The notes beneath the pieces are model-generated. The model saw nothing but the letters and a program-made list of their open reading frames with translations, was not told the DNA's origin and searched no databases. A DNA stretch of 64,000 bases, from contig CM068742.1 in the NCBI GenBank assembly GCA_035084275.1, forward strand, positions 96,782,001-96,846,000, read 5' to 3'. Below are positions 12,501-27,500 of the stretch, piece by piece (positions within the stretch are counted from its first letter, which is position 1; each line of letters begins with the position of its first letter). This DNA is from Hydrolagus colliei (lineage: Eukaryota). The position numbers were made by a program, and so were the translations under genes.

Positions 12501-15500
12501 AGGTCTTGTCTGCTTATTTATTGGATAGATATTAAAGATTCTAGCAGTAACACTATTGAAAAATAGTGGTGTTTGGTCAACAATCCTTCACATTAATTAG
12601 GACGTCCTCCTGACGTGAAAGGCGCTCTACAAGTGTCATTTTGTTGTTGTTGCATTTCTTAGCTATTTGTGTGCTACTGCTACTTTTGCTTACAAAAATA
12701 ATCAATGCACCTTACAAAAATGTCCTGTAAATTACCTGTGAAACATAAGTGTCAATGAGATCTTTAACATCCACCTGAAGAAATTCAAATTAAATAATTC
12801 TAAAAGAATAAATTGGTCAAACTGATCGTTTCTTTTGAAAAAAAAGTGCGATTTTACTTCAGAATAATACAAGGAAGCCATGACTTTCTTTGTTAGGTTC
12901 ATACAGTAACAAACGCTGCAAATGGGCCCACTGGACAGATGTTGTAGCATAGCAGGAAACTGGGTCGGCAGCAGGTAATAGGAAAGCCATTTGCAATTCA
13001 TTTCTGGGAGGGTGGGTTTTGCACAGATAAACTGCACAAAGGATTTTTTTCTGGGGGTTGGTGGGGGCTGGGGGGGGGGGGGGGAGATCAAGTTTATTTT
13101 TGTGTCAGTAGAGTAACCACATACATTTTTCCTTCAGTCTTTATATGCCTCACAGTATATTCAGTGAAGTGCTTTGCGATGTTTCAACGATGCGATATGG
13201 TGCAAAATCAAATGCAACGATTATTATTATATATATATTCCAATGCACACATTTAGCTGTAAGACAACATGGATCTCACTAAAATTGGATGTACAACAAT
13301 AATTCTTCGAAGTAACAACATTTCTGCTCCAAAAAGGCAAATATTAAGATAGATTAAAATATTAATTCTGCTTATGGTTCAGAGTACAAACATTCCTTGG
13401 TTAGAAGGTTCTCTATTGTTCAGGTAAAGTTGGATAGAAATTTGCAAATTACAGCAATCCTGATAGTTGATTGAAACGTTCTGCAAGGGAAATTCAGTGA
13501 CCTGAAACATCACTCAATGTTGAAAGGGTTTGAGAGTATTTGCAGGTCGTGTTTGTAACTTGAGGGTGGGACAAAATCAGCTCCAGAACCAAACAAGAGA
13601 AAAAGTGAGAATGCAAAGCAGCTGGTCACTCAGCTATATTTCACTTTCTTTTAAGCACTGTGGAGTATTTTGTTTTCCATCAAGATCCAAAACTGATAAA
13701 GTAACAGCATGAGACAAGTGTGGGAACATCATGCTTATACCAATGTGTTGAGGACAAGAAATGCAAGTGAGAGGGATTTTCAGCAGATAAATAAAAGCTG
13801 GGGAAATCTAATGCAAAAATCAGTGACAGATATCTCATCGCTTGTTAGGAGATATACCCAGGCCAAATATACTCCATAATAATAACTTGCAATAATATAT
13901 GATATCTTCAGCATTGAATAAACTTCATGAAGCAATTCACAAAGTTTAGAATCACAAACAGAGAGGAAGAGGTGAAATTACAGTGTTGACCAAAGACACA
14001 GACAAAAATCTAACTTTTTTTAAGCTAAAAAGAAAGTTTTGAAGGAGAATGTGCAAGAAAAACTGATTTTAGATTGCAGAGAGCTGGGGCATAATTGCTA
14101 AAGATGCAACCATTGATAGTGGGACTGAGGGAGTATTTAATTAAAAATTCAACTTTTATTTGGAAAAATTAGGATTTTTTAATACATAGATTTGAAGCAT
14201 TTGTTTACTTACATGGAACACACACGGCTTGGAAGCTTCCAATGTAGTTTGGTCCCAGTTCATAAATAGTGCTGATGCTAGAAGCAGGTAAAACATCCTC
14301 TAGGAAGTGAGTAGGCCCCAGACGCCAGACTAGTGGTGAGATATGGCGCTGAGCTGGAGGTGAACCAATATAACCATATACAGTACTCGCAACTGGTAGA
14401 TTGGCTGACCCTGACCCGCCAGGAGAACTGTGAATATAGTGAAGCTGGAAAGAGGAACAAACACACAAAATAATTATATTCAGAATTTATAGCTATTTAT
14501 TCTATATTTCAAACAGATTTCAAAGGAATGTGTTTTTGTAAAAAAAACAAAATTGCTGTGATTAAATTAATGCTTACTCAAAATCCTGGAACTCCTTACA
14601 TCATCTCTACTAGTATTGTAGCAGTTTAAAAGGAAAGGCACACCACCACCTTCTTGGGTCAACCAGGGATGAGCAATAAATGCAGGTATAGCCAGGATCA
14701 TCCACATCCCGAGAATGAGTCGTGAACAAATAAATACCAAGTAACACTTTCAGGTGAACTGTTGCATTTTGTTGCTGTCACAACATTAGCTTCAGATGCA
14801 AATTAAATTTGAAATTTCATTATGTACTGAGGCCCTAAATTTCCACCTACTTTTAGCTTACAAGACTGTTTTACCTTAAAATTTAGGATTGCACAAAATG
14901 GTGCAAATTTCATAATGACTAAATCTGGTATTCCGAACCACAAAAGCTTGTATGTAATTTTTTTCCTTGTTAAATAAACAAAATTACAAACACGGTATAT
15001 TGAGAATTTTAGTAAATAAACTGATGCTGAAACTCTCATTTGTTGGGATAAAGATTTTTAGATTATAAATGTTTTAATATAAGCATAGTTGAAGGTAAAA
15101 TTAGTCATTTATTCAACACATTCATGCATTCATCACGTCCAGCCGCGACTACGCCACTGCCCTGCTTGTCAGCCGCCTCAACTCCTTTCTCTACAGGCTG
15201 CAGATCATCCACAACTCTGCAGCTCGTGTCCTCTCCCGCACGAAGCTCCTCGACACTATCACTCCCATCGTCGCCTGACTCCACTGGCTTCCCATCACAC
15301 AAAGGATTCAATTCAAGATCCTGGTCCTGACCTTTAAAGCCATCCATGGCTTTGCCCCACCTTACCTCTGCGACCTGCTAACCCCCTACCAACCTTTCCG
15401 CTCCCTCTTCTCAGCAGGCTCCAGCCTAGACCCGCCCGGTCCACCATCAGCGAGCGAGCCTTCAGTCACTCTGCCCTCAACCACTGGAATTCCATCCTGC

Positions 15501-18500
15501 AATCCCACTGCCTCGCCCCCTCCCTTCAAGTCCTGCCTCAAAACCCTCTTCTTCACCCATGCAATCAGTTTGTTGACAGAATTGTAAGAAAAGATAATAT
15601 TCGAGGGAACTGGGTAATTCTAGATTGTTTGAATGAATGATTTGGTTGTTTAACAAAATATTGCCAAAGGAGGCATTAACAACAAGTTTGGAGTTCTGTT
15701 ATTTGTACACTTTAAAGTAGAGGATAGCATTCATTCATTGAATACTGCAGTTCCACCGCAATTTGTTTAACTGGGATATGGTCTGTGAACACTCACAGAA
15801 CATTTTTAAAAGCTTGTTCCATCTGTAACAGTTTGTTTCTAACATGGGAGATCCCACTGGGTCCAATTAGTCCTGCTCACAGCAGCAGAGCTCAGCCCAA
15901 GCCACGCTGACTGATAGAAACACTGAGTACTGCCATTCCTGCTTGGGCAGAAAAGGTTTACAATGTTTGAAAGTGATCCTGGATTTTTAAACCCAAGTTG
16001 CCTGGTAGTCAGCGAGAAAAAATGCTGCAATGAACTAAGTTACAATATTGGAAAACAGTAATGGAATTGACTTTGAAACAAATAAAACTGTGAATTGTAA
16101 TGATATTTATAGATTTAAATAATTCTATTGGTAAGAACTCACAATAACAGAATAGTCCATCTCTGGTGTCAGATGATTTTTCAACTTTTGATATAAAATA
16201 TTGTTCACTGGGTGCCAAGAAAGCAATTTCGGCAAATCCTACCAACTGTGATGCAAACCTCAAAAGAGTGTCAATGGTCAATTATTTTATTCTTTTTACC
16301 GAATATGCCAGAGACACTAGAACACATTCTGATTTTGGTCCAATGAGAAATTGGAACAATTCTCAATGGGTTGTTTTGTCCCCTAGGCTTAAAAGCCAGT
16401 GTAATGAGGTCTTATCTCCGAATCATGTGACAAGTCGCCTTCATTGTTCTGCACTTGGAATGATAGACAGGCAGCTCAAAGCCTAATGTCATATTTTATT
16501 AAATATGCAAACTATGAATTTCAAGTATCTTTTAATTTGTTCAATATTGTACTCCTAATTTTGCAGGAGCAATTTATTTGAGTAGATTGTTGATTTAATC
16601 AAAAAAACTGCAGGGAATGCAGTTTTTGACAAGACTTTAATTGTGCAGATAAAGGAAATCCATAGTGAATTAAATGTTGTGCACACAATTCAAATGTGGC
16701 ACGGAATTCTGTAAAGATCAGAGCTAAATTATAATTTACCACACAATAGCAAAATTTCAGTTAAGGTGAAATGTTAAATTCCAGATTTTCAGTGCACTTT
16801 GCTTTAAATTTTTTTCGAAAGAAAATGTAATTAGAATTTGTCTAAAGTGGGTAGTTTATCCAGTGAAAGCCCGTTTATCCTGCACCCTTGGGACTTAGCC
16901 AATGCCGGTTAAAGCACGTGCTGGATATTCAGCCAAAAACGCAAAAAAATAAATAATTCAATGCTTTTTTCCAGATAAATTCCGGTTAATCGAATGCGGA
17001 CCTTTTTTTTGCGATGCTAGTTATACGGAAGTTACGGTTGATTGGGTGCAGGATAAACAGGCTTCTACTGTAACTTGTTTTAAAATTTAAAAAATTGCGA
17101 TAATGAAATCTCCAATTTTGCCTCATGCAGGCACTTCGTCTTTAAAAGGGGATGGTGCACCTGGAAGATAATACCTGGGTAAACCATGTATGAATTACCC
17201 ACAACACTACTGCAATAAGTTGATTGACACTATACTGATCAATTCTGATTGCTAATACCTATAGATTTTTTAAAAAAAACTTACATGTTCTTCTGTCAAC
17301 TTCTATATATTTCTTACCAAATTGAAATGCAGAGTTTTGTTTTGTTGACATCAACGGTTAAAATCAAGTTCTGTTTACATAAGGTTTTTGGTGTTCTAAC
17401 TCTGCCCTGATTCAAACACAGTATTAAACTGATTGTCCTGCTTTGGCAAAACACATTTTCAGTGAAGCTGCCAGGTTTGATTAGCAGAATGTAAAAGCTT
17501 GCGAAAACCCATTCGAAAAAAAATCCCACATGATTATTCAGGAGTAAAGCTAGGAAATCCAGTCAAATAATAGTTGGTCAATTCAATAAATAAAACGATT
17601 TGCTGAACACCTACATGACTTTAATTATCTGAGATATAGTGCTTTAATCCAGAATGTTGGATTCCTTCAGTCGCAAGACATATCAAATAATTAAAAATAA
17701 TGTCTAATTTTAAATAAAGTCAAGGATTTTTTTTGTTTCGATTTGATGACTTCAGTCTTGTCCAGTCTGCAGTGCCACCATATGCCAAAGGGCCACAGCT
17801 GGATGTGCCTATTCAGATACTAGAATCATTAGTTGATCGTGTGGGAGAGGGCACCACTGTCACATTTAAATTAGATTCTAAAAACATGGGATCTTCTGGG
17901 AATTGCCATAGCTGGCCACCCAATCACTTCATTCAATTTTGATTAGCTGACGGAAATTAATATCTTGACAGGAACAGAAGATCTCCCACTGGGTAAATAT
18001 GAAGATAAAACTATGAATAATCATTACACACAAAGAAAATCTTAGTCGGGGGCCTAGGATTGCTATCCTTGAACAATATAACGAGCCAACTGATGCTGTG
18101 GTGATTAATCATTTTAATTAGCTATCTTGGGTACAAGATCACTGTTTTAGTGATTTTTTTTAAACAAAAGGTAACAATAAGGTAGACCCAAAGTACCAAA
18201 GCAATATCAAAGAGGTTTTGAAATGTGTTACTTAAACAGTTTTGGTAAAAGTGCTATTTTTGCTTTTAAACTGCTACAGGTTTGACCCAAATTACAGTAA
18301 TGTACAGGTACTCAATCAGGAAAACATACCTTGACTGTGTTAACATGCTGACCATCCACATACAATGTAGCAGTGCTGTTCTTCAGCATGCCTTTGCTCA
18401 TCACAAGCACCAGATGATGCCACTGTCCCTCATTAATCAGATCAGTACACCGGAATCTTGCACAGCAGGGGAGAATCTCATAGAAAGAGGACTCCTCACT

Positions 18501-21500
18501 GAAATCACCAACTAAAAATAGGACAGAAACAATTTGGAGTTTTAGAGTCTCATCAGTCAGCAGGTCATATGGTGACCGTGTCATTCAACAATAGCAGTCA
18601 GCAAAAACTAAATAAACAGCATGCTACAAAGGCTCCTACATTCATAATGGCTGACAGCACAGCAGAGTGGAGCAGAGTGGACATGGGATGTGCAGGCCAG
18701 AGCCAACCGAGCAAAGACATTGTGTAGATGGAGGGGTGGGGGGGGGGGGGGGGGGGGAGGGGGGGTAGGTGAGCAAATTGGAGAGGTAGGGAAGTACCAA
18801 GGCATGAAATGATTTTAAAGTGTGAGTGAAGATCTTGAAAATCATCTGTTCTGCAACAGGGAGCCAGTGGAGCCTGGGAAGAACTGGGGAAATTGAGTAA
18901 TGGAGCTTGATACAGGTGAGGACAAGGGTGGCAGAGTGTTGAATCATTTGGACCTTGTTTTATAGTGGAGCTGGGGAGACTGGTGAGGAGCACATAGGAC
19001 AAATCAAGGAGGGGGGAGGATGAAAGCATGAATGAGGGTTTCAGCAGCATTTGAAGTAAGAAAGGGATATTGAAGTATTGATGAAGGACTAAAGACATCT
19101 TATTTTGATATCTTAGGTTCATGCTATCCTCAGCCACCTCCATTCCTCAGAGGATCGAGTTCAATATCCTCGTTCTCACTTAAATCGCTCTAATCTTGCT
19201 CTACCGTACCTCTATAGCCTCCTCAATCCTTACCAACCCTGCGCTTTGCAGGTACTTGTCTGCTTCACAATTCTTGCCCTCCTCACCACTTGCGGTCAGA
19301 CTTTCAGGCTATCTGTTTGGAACTCCATCCAGGAGTCACTTTGCCTCACCTCTTCCCTTACCTCCTTCAAGGTCTGTCTCAAGACCCTCCACTTTGACCA
19401 TACCCTCAGTCATCTTCCCACCCCCACTCCCTTGGTCCTCACCTCTCCTGAATCTAACACCCTATCTCTGGTGCAAACCCTCAATGTCTAACCCTTGGAA
19501 TTTCTTCCCGCAGTGAAAGATGCTATGTGTAGATGTTGCTGTTTTAGCTGACTGGAAAGCTGTGGTTTTACATTCTATACTAATTTTCAACACCAACCTT
19601 GTTCTTACCTGAGTCAAGCTCGGCAAGAACATGCTTTTCACTTTTTGTGCGATAACATTAATATGCTTATTTTTTCAGCTGCTTACATCCTTGCTCTGCT
19701 ACTTTTGGAAGATGAAAAGGCGCAAACATTCACAATGCATTTAGATATCTACTCACCGTAGGTCTGCAGCAGCTCTTCCTTGGTAGAAACCAGGAGGGCC
19801 TTATCTTTCCCACAAAGGACTATGGCAAGGCAAATGTAGTGGTGCTCAGAAGAGTTTGACCTCCGCACAAGTGTAAGAAGCCTAACTGGGTGATTGCTTG
19901 AAGATGTGGTGAAGCGCTCAATACAAAACCAAGTCGAGTATGTCAGCCCGGACGGAGGTGGAAAGAATCGTTCACCTGGAAAAGGGGGTTTATTTATACA
20001 AATAAGGCACTTTCCAAGAACTCTACAAATTTTGTATTGTAACATTGTATTTGTACTGTCAATACATATAAATATTTACTATAATGTCAGAAATGATCTT
20101 TTAATATAATGGCCAACAATGAATACAATTCAAACTTTGCAAGTCTTATTTATGCCGTGGGTTTCAGCTTTAAACTTGCTATCCTGCTGAATACACATCA
20201 GTTCATGATAAGCAGATACTGATAGAATTTAAGAATTACAGCACTCCTAACATTTCTAATGAAGATTTGTTTGGACTTTGCAAAGTCCTCACACTATATA
20301 ATGAATATTAATGAAAGAACATAAGAACATAACTTAAGAATTAGGAGCAGGAGTAGGCCATTCAGCCCCTCGAGCTTGCCCCGCCATGTGATGAGATCAT
20401 GGCTGATCTTCTGATCTAACTCTAACTACCTACCCCATCCCCATATCCCCTAATCCCTCTATATTTTAAAACTCTATCCGTCTCAGCCTTGAAAATGCTC
20501 AAGGACTGAGCATCTACAGCCTTCTGGGGTAATGAATTCCATAAATTCACTACCCTTTGAATGAAGAAATGTTTCCTCAACTCTGTTCTAAAAGGCTGAC
20601 CCTTAATTTTGAAATTATGACCCCCTGGTTATAGATTCTCCTACCAGGGGAAACAATCCCTCACTGTCTACTTTATCCATCCCTTTAAGAATCTTATATG
20701 TTTCAATAAGATCTCCCCTAATTCTTCTGTACTCTAGAGAATACAGCCCTAGTCTATTCAACCTATCCTCATAGGTCAGTCCCCTCATCCCAGGAACTAA
20801 CCTAGTGAATCTACGCTGCACCCCCTCTAAAGCAAGTATGTCCTTTATTAGGTAAGCAGACCAAAACTGCACACAATACTCTAGGTGCGGTCTCACCAAG
20901 GCCCGATACAATTGCAGCAAGACTTTCCTACTCTTGTACTCTGAACTTTTTGCGATGAACTCTAACATGCCATTTGTCTTCTTAGTTGCTTCCTGCATCT
21001 GCAAACTAACTTTTTGAGATTGGTGTACAAGGACACCCAAATCCCTTTGTACACTAACACTATCTAATCTCTCCCCATCCAGAAAATAATTTGCTTTTTT
21101 ATTTTTGCTACCTAGGTGAATAATTTCACACTTCCCCACATTAAATTCCATCTGTCACCTATTCGCCCACTCCCCAAGCCTATCTATATCCAGTTGCAAT
21201 CTTATTGCAGCATTCCTCACAGCTGACTCTCCTACCTAGTTTAGTATCATCCACAAATTTAGACACGTTACATTCAATGTCCTCGTTTAGATCATTGATG
21301 TAAATTGTGAAAGCTGAGGCCCAAGCACTGATCCTTGTGGCACTCTACTAGTTACATCCTGCCAATTCGAGAATGACCCGTTTATCCCTACTTTCTGTTT
21401 TCTACCCGTTATCCATGTTAATATGTTCCCATTAATCCCGTGGGCCTTGACTTTGTGCGATAGCCTTTTGTGTGGCACTTTATCAAATGCCTTCTTAAAA

Positions 21501-24500
21501 TCTAAATATACCGCATCTACTGGTTCCCCCCTATCCAATCTGCTAGATATATCCTCCCAAAACTCTAAAAGATTAGCTAAGCATGACTTCCCTGTTGTAA
21601 AGCCATGCTGAATCTGCCTAATCTTGTTATGGTCTTCCAGATATCCCATAACAATGTCTTTGATTAAGGACTCAAGAATTTTCCCTACCACTGATGTCAG
21701 ACTAACTGGTCTATAGCTCCCCATGTTTTCTCTCCCACCCTTCTTTAATAGTGAGTTAAGTTTGCAATCTTCCAATCAATGGGAACTTTTCCAGTATCCA
21801 GAGAATTTTGGAAGATTATAGACAAGCCATCCACTATCTCAGTAGCCACCTCCTTAAAAACTCAGGCCATCAGGTCCAGGGGATTTATCAGTTTTAAGAT
21901 CTGACAATTTACCTAAAACCATTTCTTTATTAATATTAATCTCCCTAAGTTGCTCACTAACATTGTCTTCTTGGTTCCCTCTATTCTTGGTAGGTTTTTA
22001 CTATCTTCTATGGTGAAGACAGTAGCAAAGTACTTGTTTAATGACTCTGCCATGTCTTTGTCTTCTATTATAATTCCCCCTGTCTCTGCCTGTAATGGAC
22101 CCACATTCACCCTTGATAGCCTTTTCCTCTTTATATATTTGTAGAAACTCTTGCAGTCTGTCTTTATGTTCTTCGCTAGTTTGCCCTCATATTCTATTTT
22201 CTCCCTCTTGATCAATTTTTGGGTTCTCCTTTGTTGATCCCTAAAGCTCTCCCAATCCTTGGGTTTACTACTCACGTTAGCTGTTTTATAGGCTACTTCT
22301 TTTAACTTTATACTTTCCCTAACTGCTCTAGTTAGCCATGGTTGGACCACCTTTCCCATGGCATTCTTATTCCTCAAAGGAATACGTGCTTGTTCGGAAT
22401 TTTGCACTATCTCCTTGAATGTCTGCCATTGCTGCTCTACCGTCAAATCCTTAAATCTAATTTCCCAGTTTATCTTGGCTAAATCCTCTCTAATACCAAC
22501 AAAGTTGGATTTATTTAAATTTAGGACCTTTGCTTTGGACTTAACTACTTCCCTCTCTAACTTAATGGTAAATGTCATCATATTATGATCACTTTGTCCT
22601 AGGGGAGCCTTAAGTTCCAGTTTGCCAATCAGCCCTGTTTCATTACACAAAACAAGGTCTAATATGGCCTGTTCCCTGGTTGGCTCCTCAGTATACTGAT
22701 CTAGAAAATTATCCCTAATAGATTCTATAAACTCATCCTCTATCTTACTTTTCCCAACTTTGTTGCCCCAGTCTATATGCAGATTAAAATCACCCACAAT
22801 TAGCATATTTCCTTTGCTACATGCTCCACTAATCTCCTGATTTATATCTTGAGCGATACTTTGACTGCTGTTTGGGGATCTATAAACTACTCCCACTAGT
22901 TTTCTGCCCTTTATTGTCATGTACCTCTACCCATACTGACTCTACATCCTGGTTTTCTGATTTAAAATCTTTCCTCTCCACTGTTTTTATCCCATCCTTT
23001 ATTAGTAGGGCCACCCCCCTCCTCATTTACCACCTTTCCTATCCTTCCTATATACCATATATCCTGGAAAGTTTAGCTCCCACCCTTGCTCACCCTGTAA
23101 ACATGTCTCGATGATGGCTACTAAATTTGTCTCTATTTGTGCATTTAATTCATCTATCTTGTTTCGAATGCAACGTGCATTCAGATATAGTGCCCGTAAT
23201 TCTGACTTCTGGCTATTAGTCCTATCACTGGGCTCCTTTTCCTCACTTGACACATTCTGCTCTAGTCCCTTGTTAATCCGCTCTCCCACATTCGTAGCTC
23301 CTAATTTTAACTGCGATGGACTATTCCTGACTATGTTTTTACCCCATCCCCCCTTACTAGTTTAAAGCCCTTTAGATATGTCATGACTACGTCTGATGCA
23401 CGAGTTCGATTCAGAGGCACATTTCATTGCCACAAAGCATTAGGGGGAGAATCTGGATAAAATCTGTGGTGGAAATGGCAGACAGATCAAAAGGGTTGTA
23501 GAACAGACAACAAATGGCCCTTCAAACTAGTGGAGAAGTCATGTTTGATGGGATGCATCCAAGGCTGGAAAACAAAAGTCCATGGTAATGAAGGCCAAAA
23601 TAAATTGGCTCCATTCCATCCAGGAATGATGGGCAGAACTATGAATCCATTGCACTGGAACTTTGGTTTGAGCAGTCAAATGCTGATAATGAGTTAGTGT
23701 TCCACTACCCATCTCTCCAGAGACATAAAACTACACAGCCAAATTTGAGGATATTTTATGTTTCATAAAAAATAGACTTTTTAAAAAAAAATCCATATCT
23801 CTGAAAAGAGTAACAAGTTTCTGAACTGGGACCATTACAACATAATACTTAATAATACAAATTTCTTTGAACATGCTTGGCAATCCTGTTAGGGGCCATA
23901 GTCTACTGGGGATTTTTGGTGGCTGTGATAAAAATGCACAATTACAGCAAACCATGTTATACATCCTTCACTTTACCAGATGTATCACTGTAACAGACTG
24001 TCAGGGGTTGATTCTGGCCTTTAGTAGATCAAAAACAATATTTTATTACAGAGCATTAAATGAAAAACTTGTAGTAGGTGCCAGGATTAATATTTTGATG
24101 AATGTGTGAAACAAAAATTTAAAAAATTTGTCAAAGCTCACGATTTTCAGCACAACTAATGTACTTACAGTCGGGCATGGGGAATTATTTTTCTTTGCTT
24201 CCAATTATAAATGCTGCCTAATTTGTCACAAATCATTTAACATTTTGCATATAAAGCTATAAATACTGGTAAACAGATCTCTCACAGAGGAGATACTAAA
24301 GTGCATTTATAACATTGACAATAGCTTTAACAGTTAAAGGCATTCAATCATTACACTTTGTGCACAAAGTTGGCTTTTGATGACACTTTCTAACCTGTGC
24401 CAAGTCCACTAGTAACAGCTCCATCATTAAGTCCTCCCGTCACGGCGGCAGTATTAACAGGTGCATTGTGAGGAGCCAAGCTCGGCAAGAACAGGCAGCT

Positions 24501-27500
24501 ATCATGAAAAAGAAGAATACTTTTAAGGCATAAGCAGCCTTGACAAACAATGTGAATCACATTCTGAACCTTCTGCAGAACCAGTCATTACTTCTGTGGC
24601 CTGAATAAATGCCTTTGCTATGCTTACTCACTAAAAAAGGTGCCAGCTTTTTCTTTTGCAGTGGCTATAAAGAATGAACCCTATTATTCATAATTTTGAT
24701 ACCAGATGAAGAATACACCGGTTGAATGCCTCTCCTCCCCTCAGATTCAGAAGAACATCAATTGGTTATTCTTGCTTGGCTAAATGTATTCATCTTGGTG
24801 GATAATATATGGTGTTGCAAATTGACTAACCTTGGTTGTTGAATATAAGATATTTAATATTCAACCACATTTAATTTCTTACAATATTCACTAAATATAC
24901 CAAGAAGGAAAGAATAATTTGCATTGTCCAACCAAGCCAATCGATTGAAATATCATGAATAGGCATCTATTATAAACTACTGTTTGCATGGAGCAAAAAA
25001 TTTTTTGGGGAATTTTCTTTCACAATTAGTATCAAGTTAGACAAGGCCTCACCCAAAGCCTTCCAGAGAAGTATCAAACTCCACAAATGCTGGAGTGACC
25101 GATGATCCATGAAGTCCAATGTCGTGTGGTGTTGTCATGGAGACTAAGCACTTCACTCGAGTCAGAGGCACCGTACTTCCTTCTGCCCCTTTGAGCAAGC
25201 TTTTGCTGATCCTGTAGTGACCGTTATCTTCATTCCCGCAGAAAACATTTTCAGGACCAAATCCATCCAAAGACATTGTGAGGCTACCTGTGATCCCAAA
25301 GCAGATACAATAGTACAGTCTTAGAAAGGATAGGAAGTTAAAGCGAAATAATGAAAGAGGTTTGTCAGCGAACATCTATTGAAATTCACATGAAGATCCC
25401 AGCCCTGATGGCGTAGTGGATAGAGCTATAGTCCTGAAGCTTAATGGTTCAAATCCTGGTTTGCATGGGATATTACATTGACTCTAACGATCCCAGTGTT
25501 AAGATTCCTGCTCCTGGACTTTCTTTTGCACCCTCTATTGGTATTGAACAAGTGTGGCAGCTGGGTGAGCAAGGTCAAGCTCCTCTGTGACAACCTCCAC
25601 ATTTGTGTGGCCTATAGACACTCACAGTCAAGGCTCACGTGTTTATAATGCCCACTTAGGTGGGTATTTATCGGTAACCAGTACTCGTGGCACTTTACCC
25701 CAGCAAGTGGAACTTCACACCAGCAAGTGAAAGTCAGAGAGGCATATATCAGAAAAATAATTCAACATGCTATATTTTAAAAATACTATTTTAAGTTTCA
25801 AATGATCAAGGAAGAATGATCAAACATTTTATGAGAATAACTTGACACAGTATAATTTATTTTATGAATGTCGGAAACATTATCTTCATGACATCAGTCA
25901 AGAAGAGCAAATGCTCTTATACAAATCCCATAAAATGCATATTTGTTTTCTGCACATCTGTACCACATCTGTCCCCATTCAGACATTTGTAGAAAAGAAT
26001 CTAGAGGATGAAATTCTTCTTGTGATCATACACAGTGACTTTGATAGTGTGTTTCGACGTCACTATACTGAAATGCAAGAGAAACTTATCCATCCAAATC
26101 CCTCCCTTCCTCCTGTTCATCAAACAATACTGGGTGCACTTGTAATGTTTATACAGTACATCCAATTTCCCAGAACCAATCTCTGCAAATATGCTGTTTC
26201 ATTCAAACAATATTCAAATTAAAAATGAGCTTTTAAGATCAAAATGTTTGTTTAAGATGGGAAACTCAAATTTTAATCTCAAGCAACAGAAAGAGATTTT
26301 ACAGTTTATAAACATTGATCTTGCAACTTACCTCTCAAATCTGCTTCACAACTTAAAGAGCTCGGTTTGTGGACCCTGTACACGTTGATCAGCTTTTTAT
26401 CCCAGGCTCCACAATTTAATGGGTTACCAAGACGAAGAAACTCCCTGATAAAACAATATCAATTAAGAATCAGTATTGAGTAAATGAAATGCTAAAATAA
26501 TAATCTTTGTATTTAATATGGTGCTTTTCACATCAGGAGAGCTTTTCTTAGCTTTTCACAGGATTTACTTTCAGGTGTAGTGACTGTATTTTATAGGTTT
26601 CTAAATCTTTGATCTATTAAATGAAGAACTTTGAGTTCATCCTCTGTAAAACATGCATGGGGAAAAAAAATATTTAGTTTAATTTTCCCAACAATAATCC
26701 CAACCCTTCTACCCTAAACACTATTACTTCCACAAGGTAAAGTGGGAAAGAATATGATGTTTTATTTTTAAAAGCACCCAGACCTCAGTTCTCCCCAAAT
26801 CACAATACAAACTATAGCGAAGAAGGTGGTGACTTGGCACTATTGTCCTCAAATGATGCTCTCAGCTGGTTGTTGGGGAGGTGCATGGAAGGCAAGGCCT
26901 TGGCTCTGGGAGGAAGCACCTGCCGCCATTCAATATCTACTTAATGTGGCTGTGGTCGGAAACTAGGTACATAGATGGAAAGACAAGTAAAAACCGCAAC
27001 CCACACTGTGGTATCACATGAGGTTTCGAAATAATGTACTTCATACATAAAAGCACACATATTTTACTTATGTTTAGGTAACTATTCAGGTCGCTGGGAT
27101 TCTGCATGGAGGACCCAAGTGGGAAGTGAATCGTTCCCCATTGATATATCCACCCCTCAACGTCTTATTATTAAGCCAGGCTGGTCAATATTCAACAGCG
27201 CCCTGGAGTATTGCGGATCTCTGTGTCTGAGATATTGTAGCAAGATCAGTACAGAGTTGACACAGTTCACTCAGCTCTGGCTTCAATACCCTGGTCACCA
27301 TGAAGCCAGCTCAACCAGACAGACTCCTGCTTATCTTTTTTCCTTTCTCCCAAAGAAGACAAGGTAAAAAGTCTGAAATAATTTTGAATTCTGAAAAGCT
27401 TTCCCAGGAATGACCAGGTTTGAAACAGTTAAGTACTTTGAAGTTAAACATTGCCACAGACGCAAATCTTTTGATATTCCTCAAGTCAACATTAAAAAAA

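Noticed and set aside
18700-19540. Possible twin-priming 5' inversion of one L2
   Set aside because: The two oppositely oriented parts both include the RIxFKI region, which fits two independent copies better.
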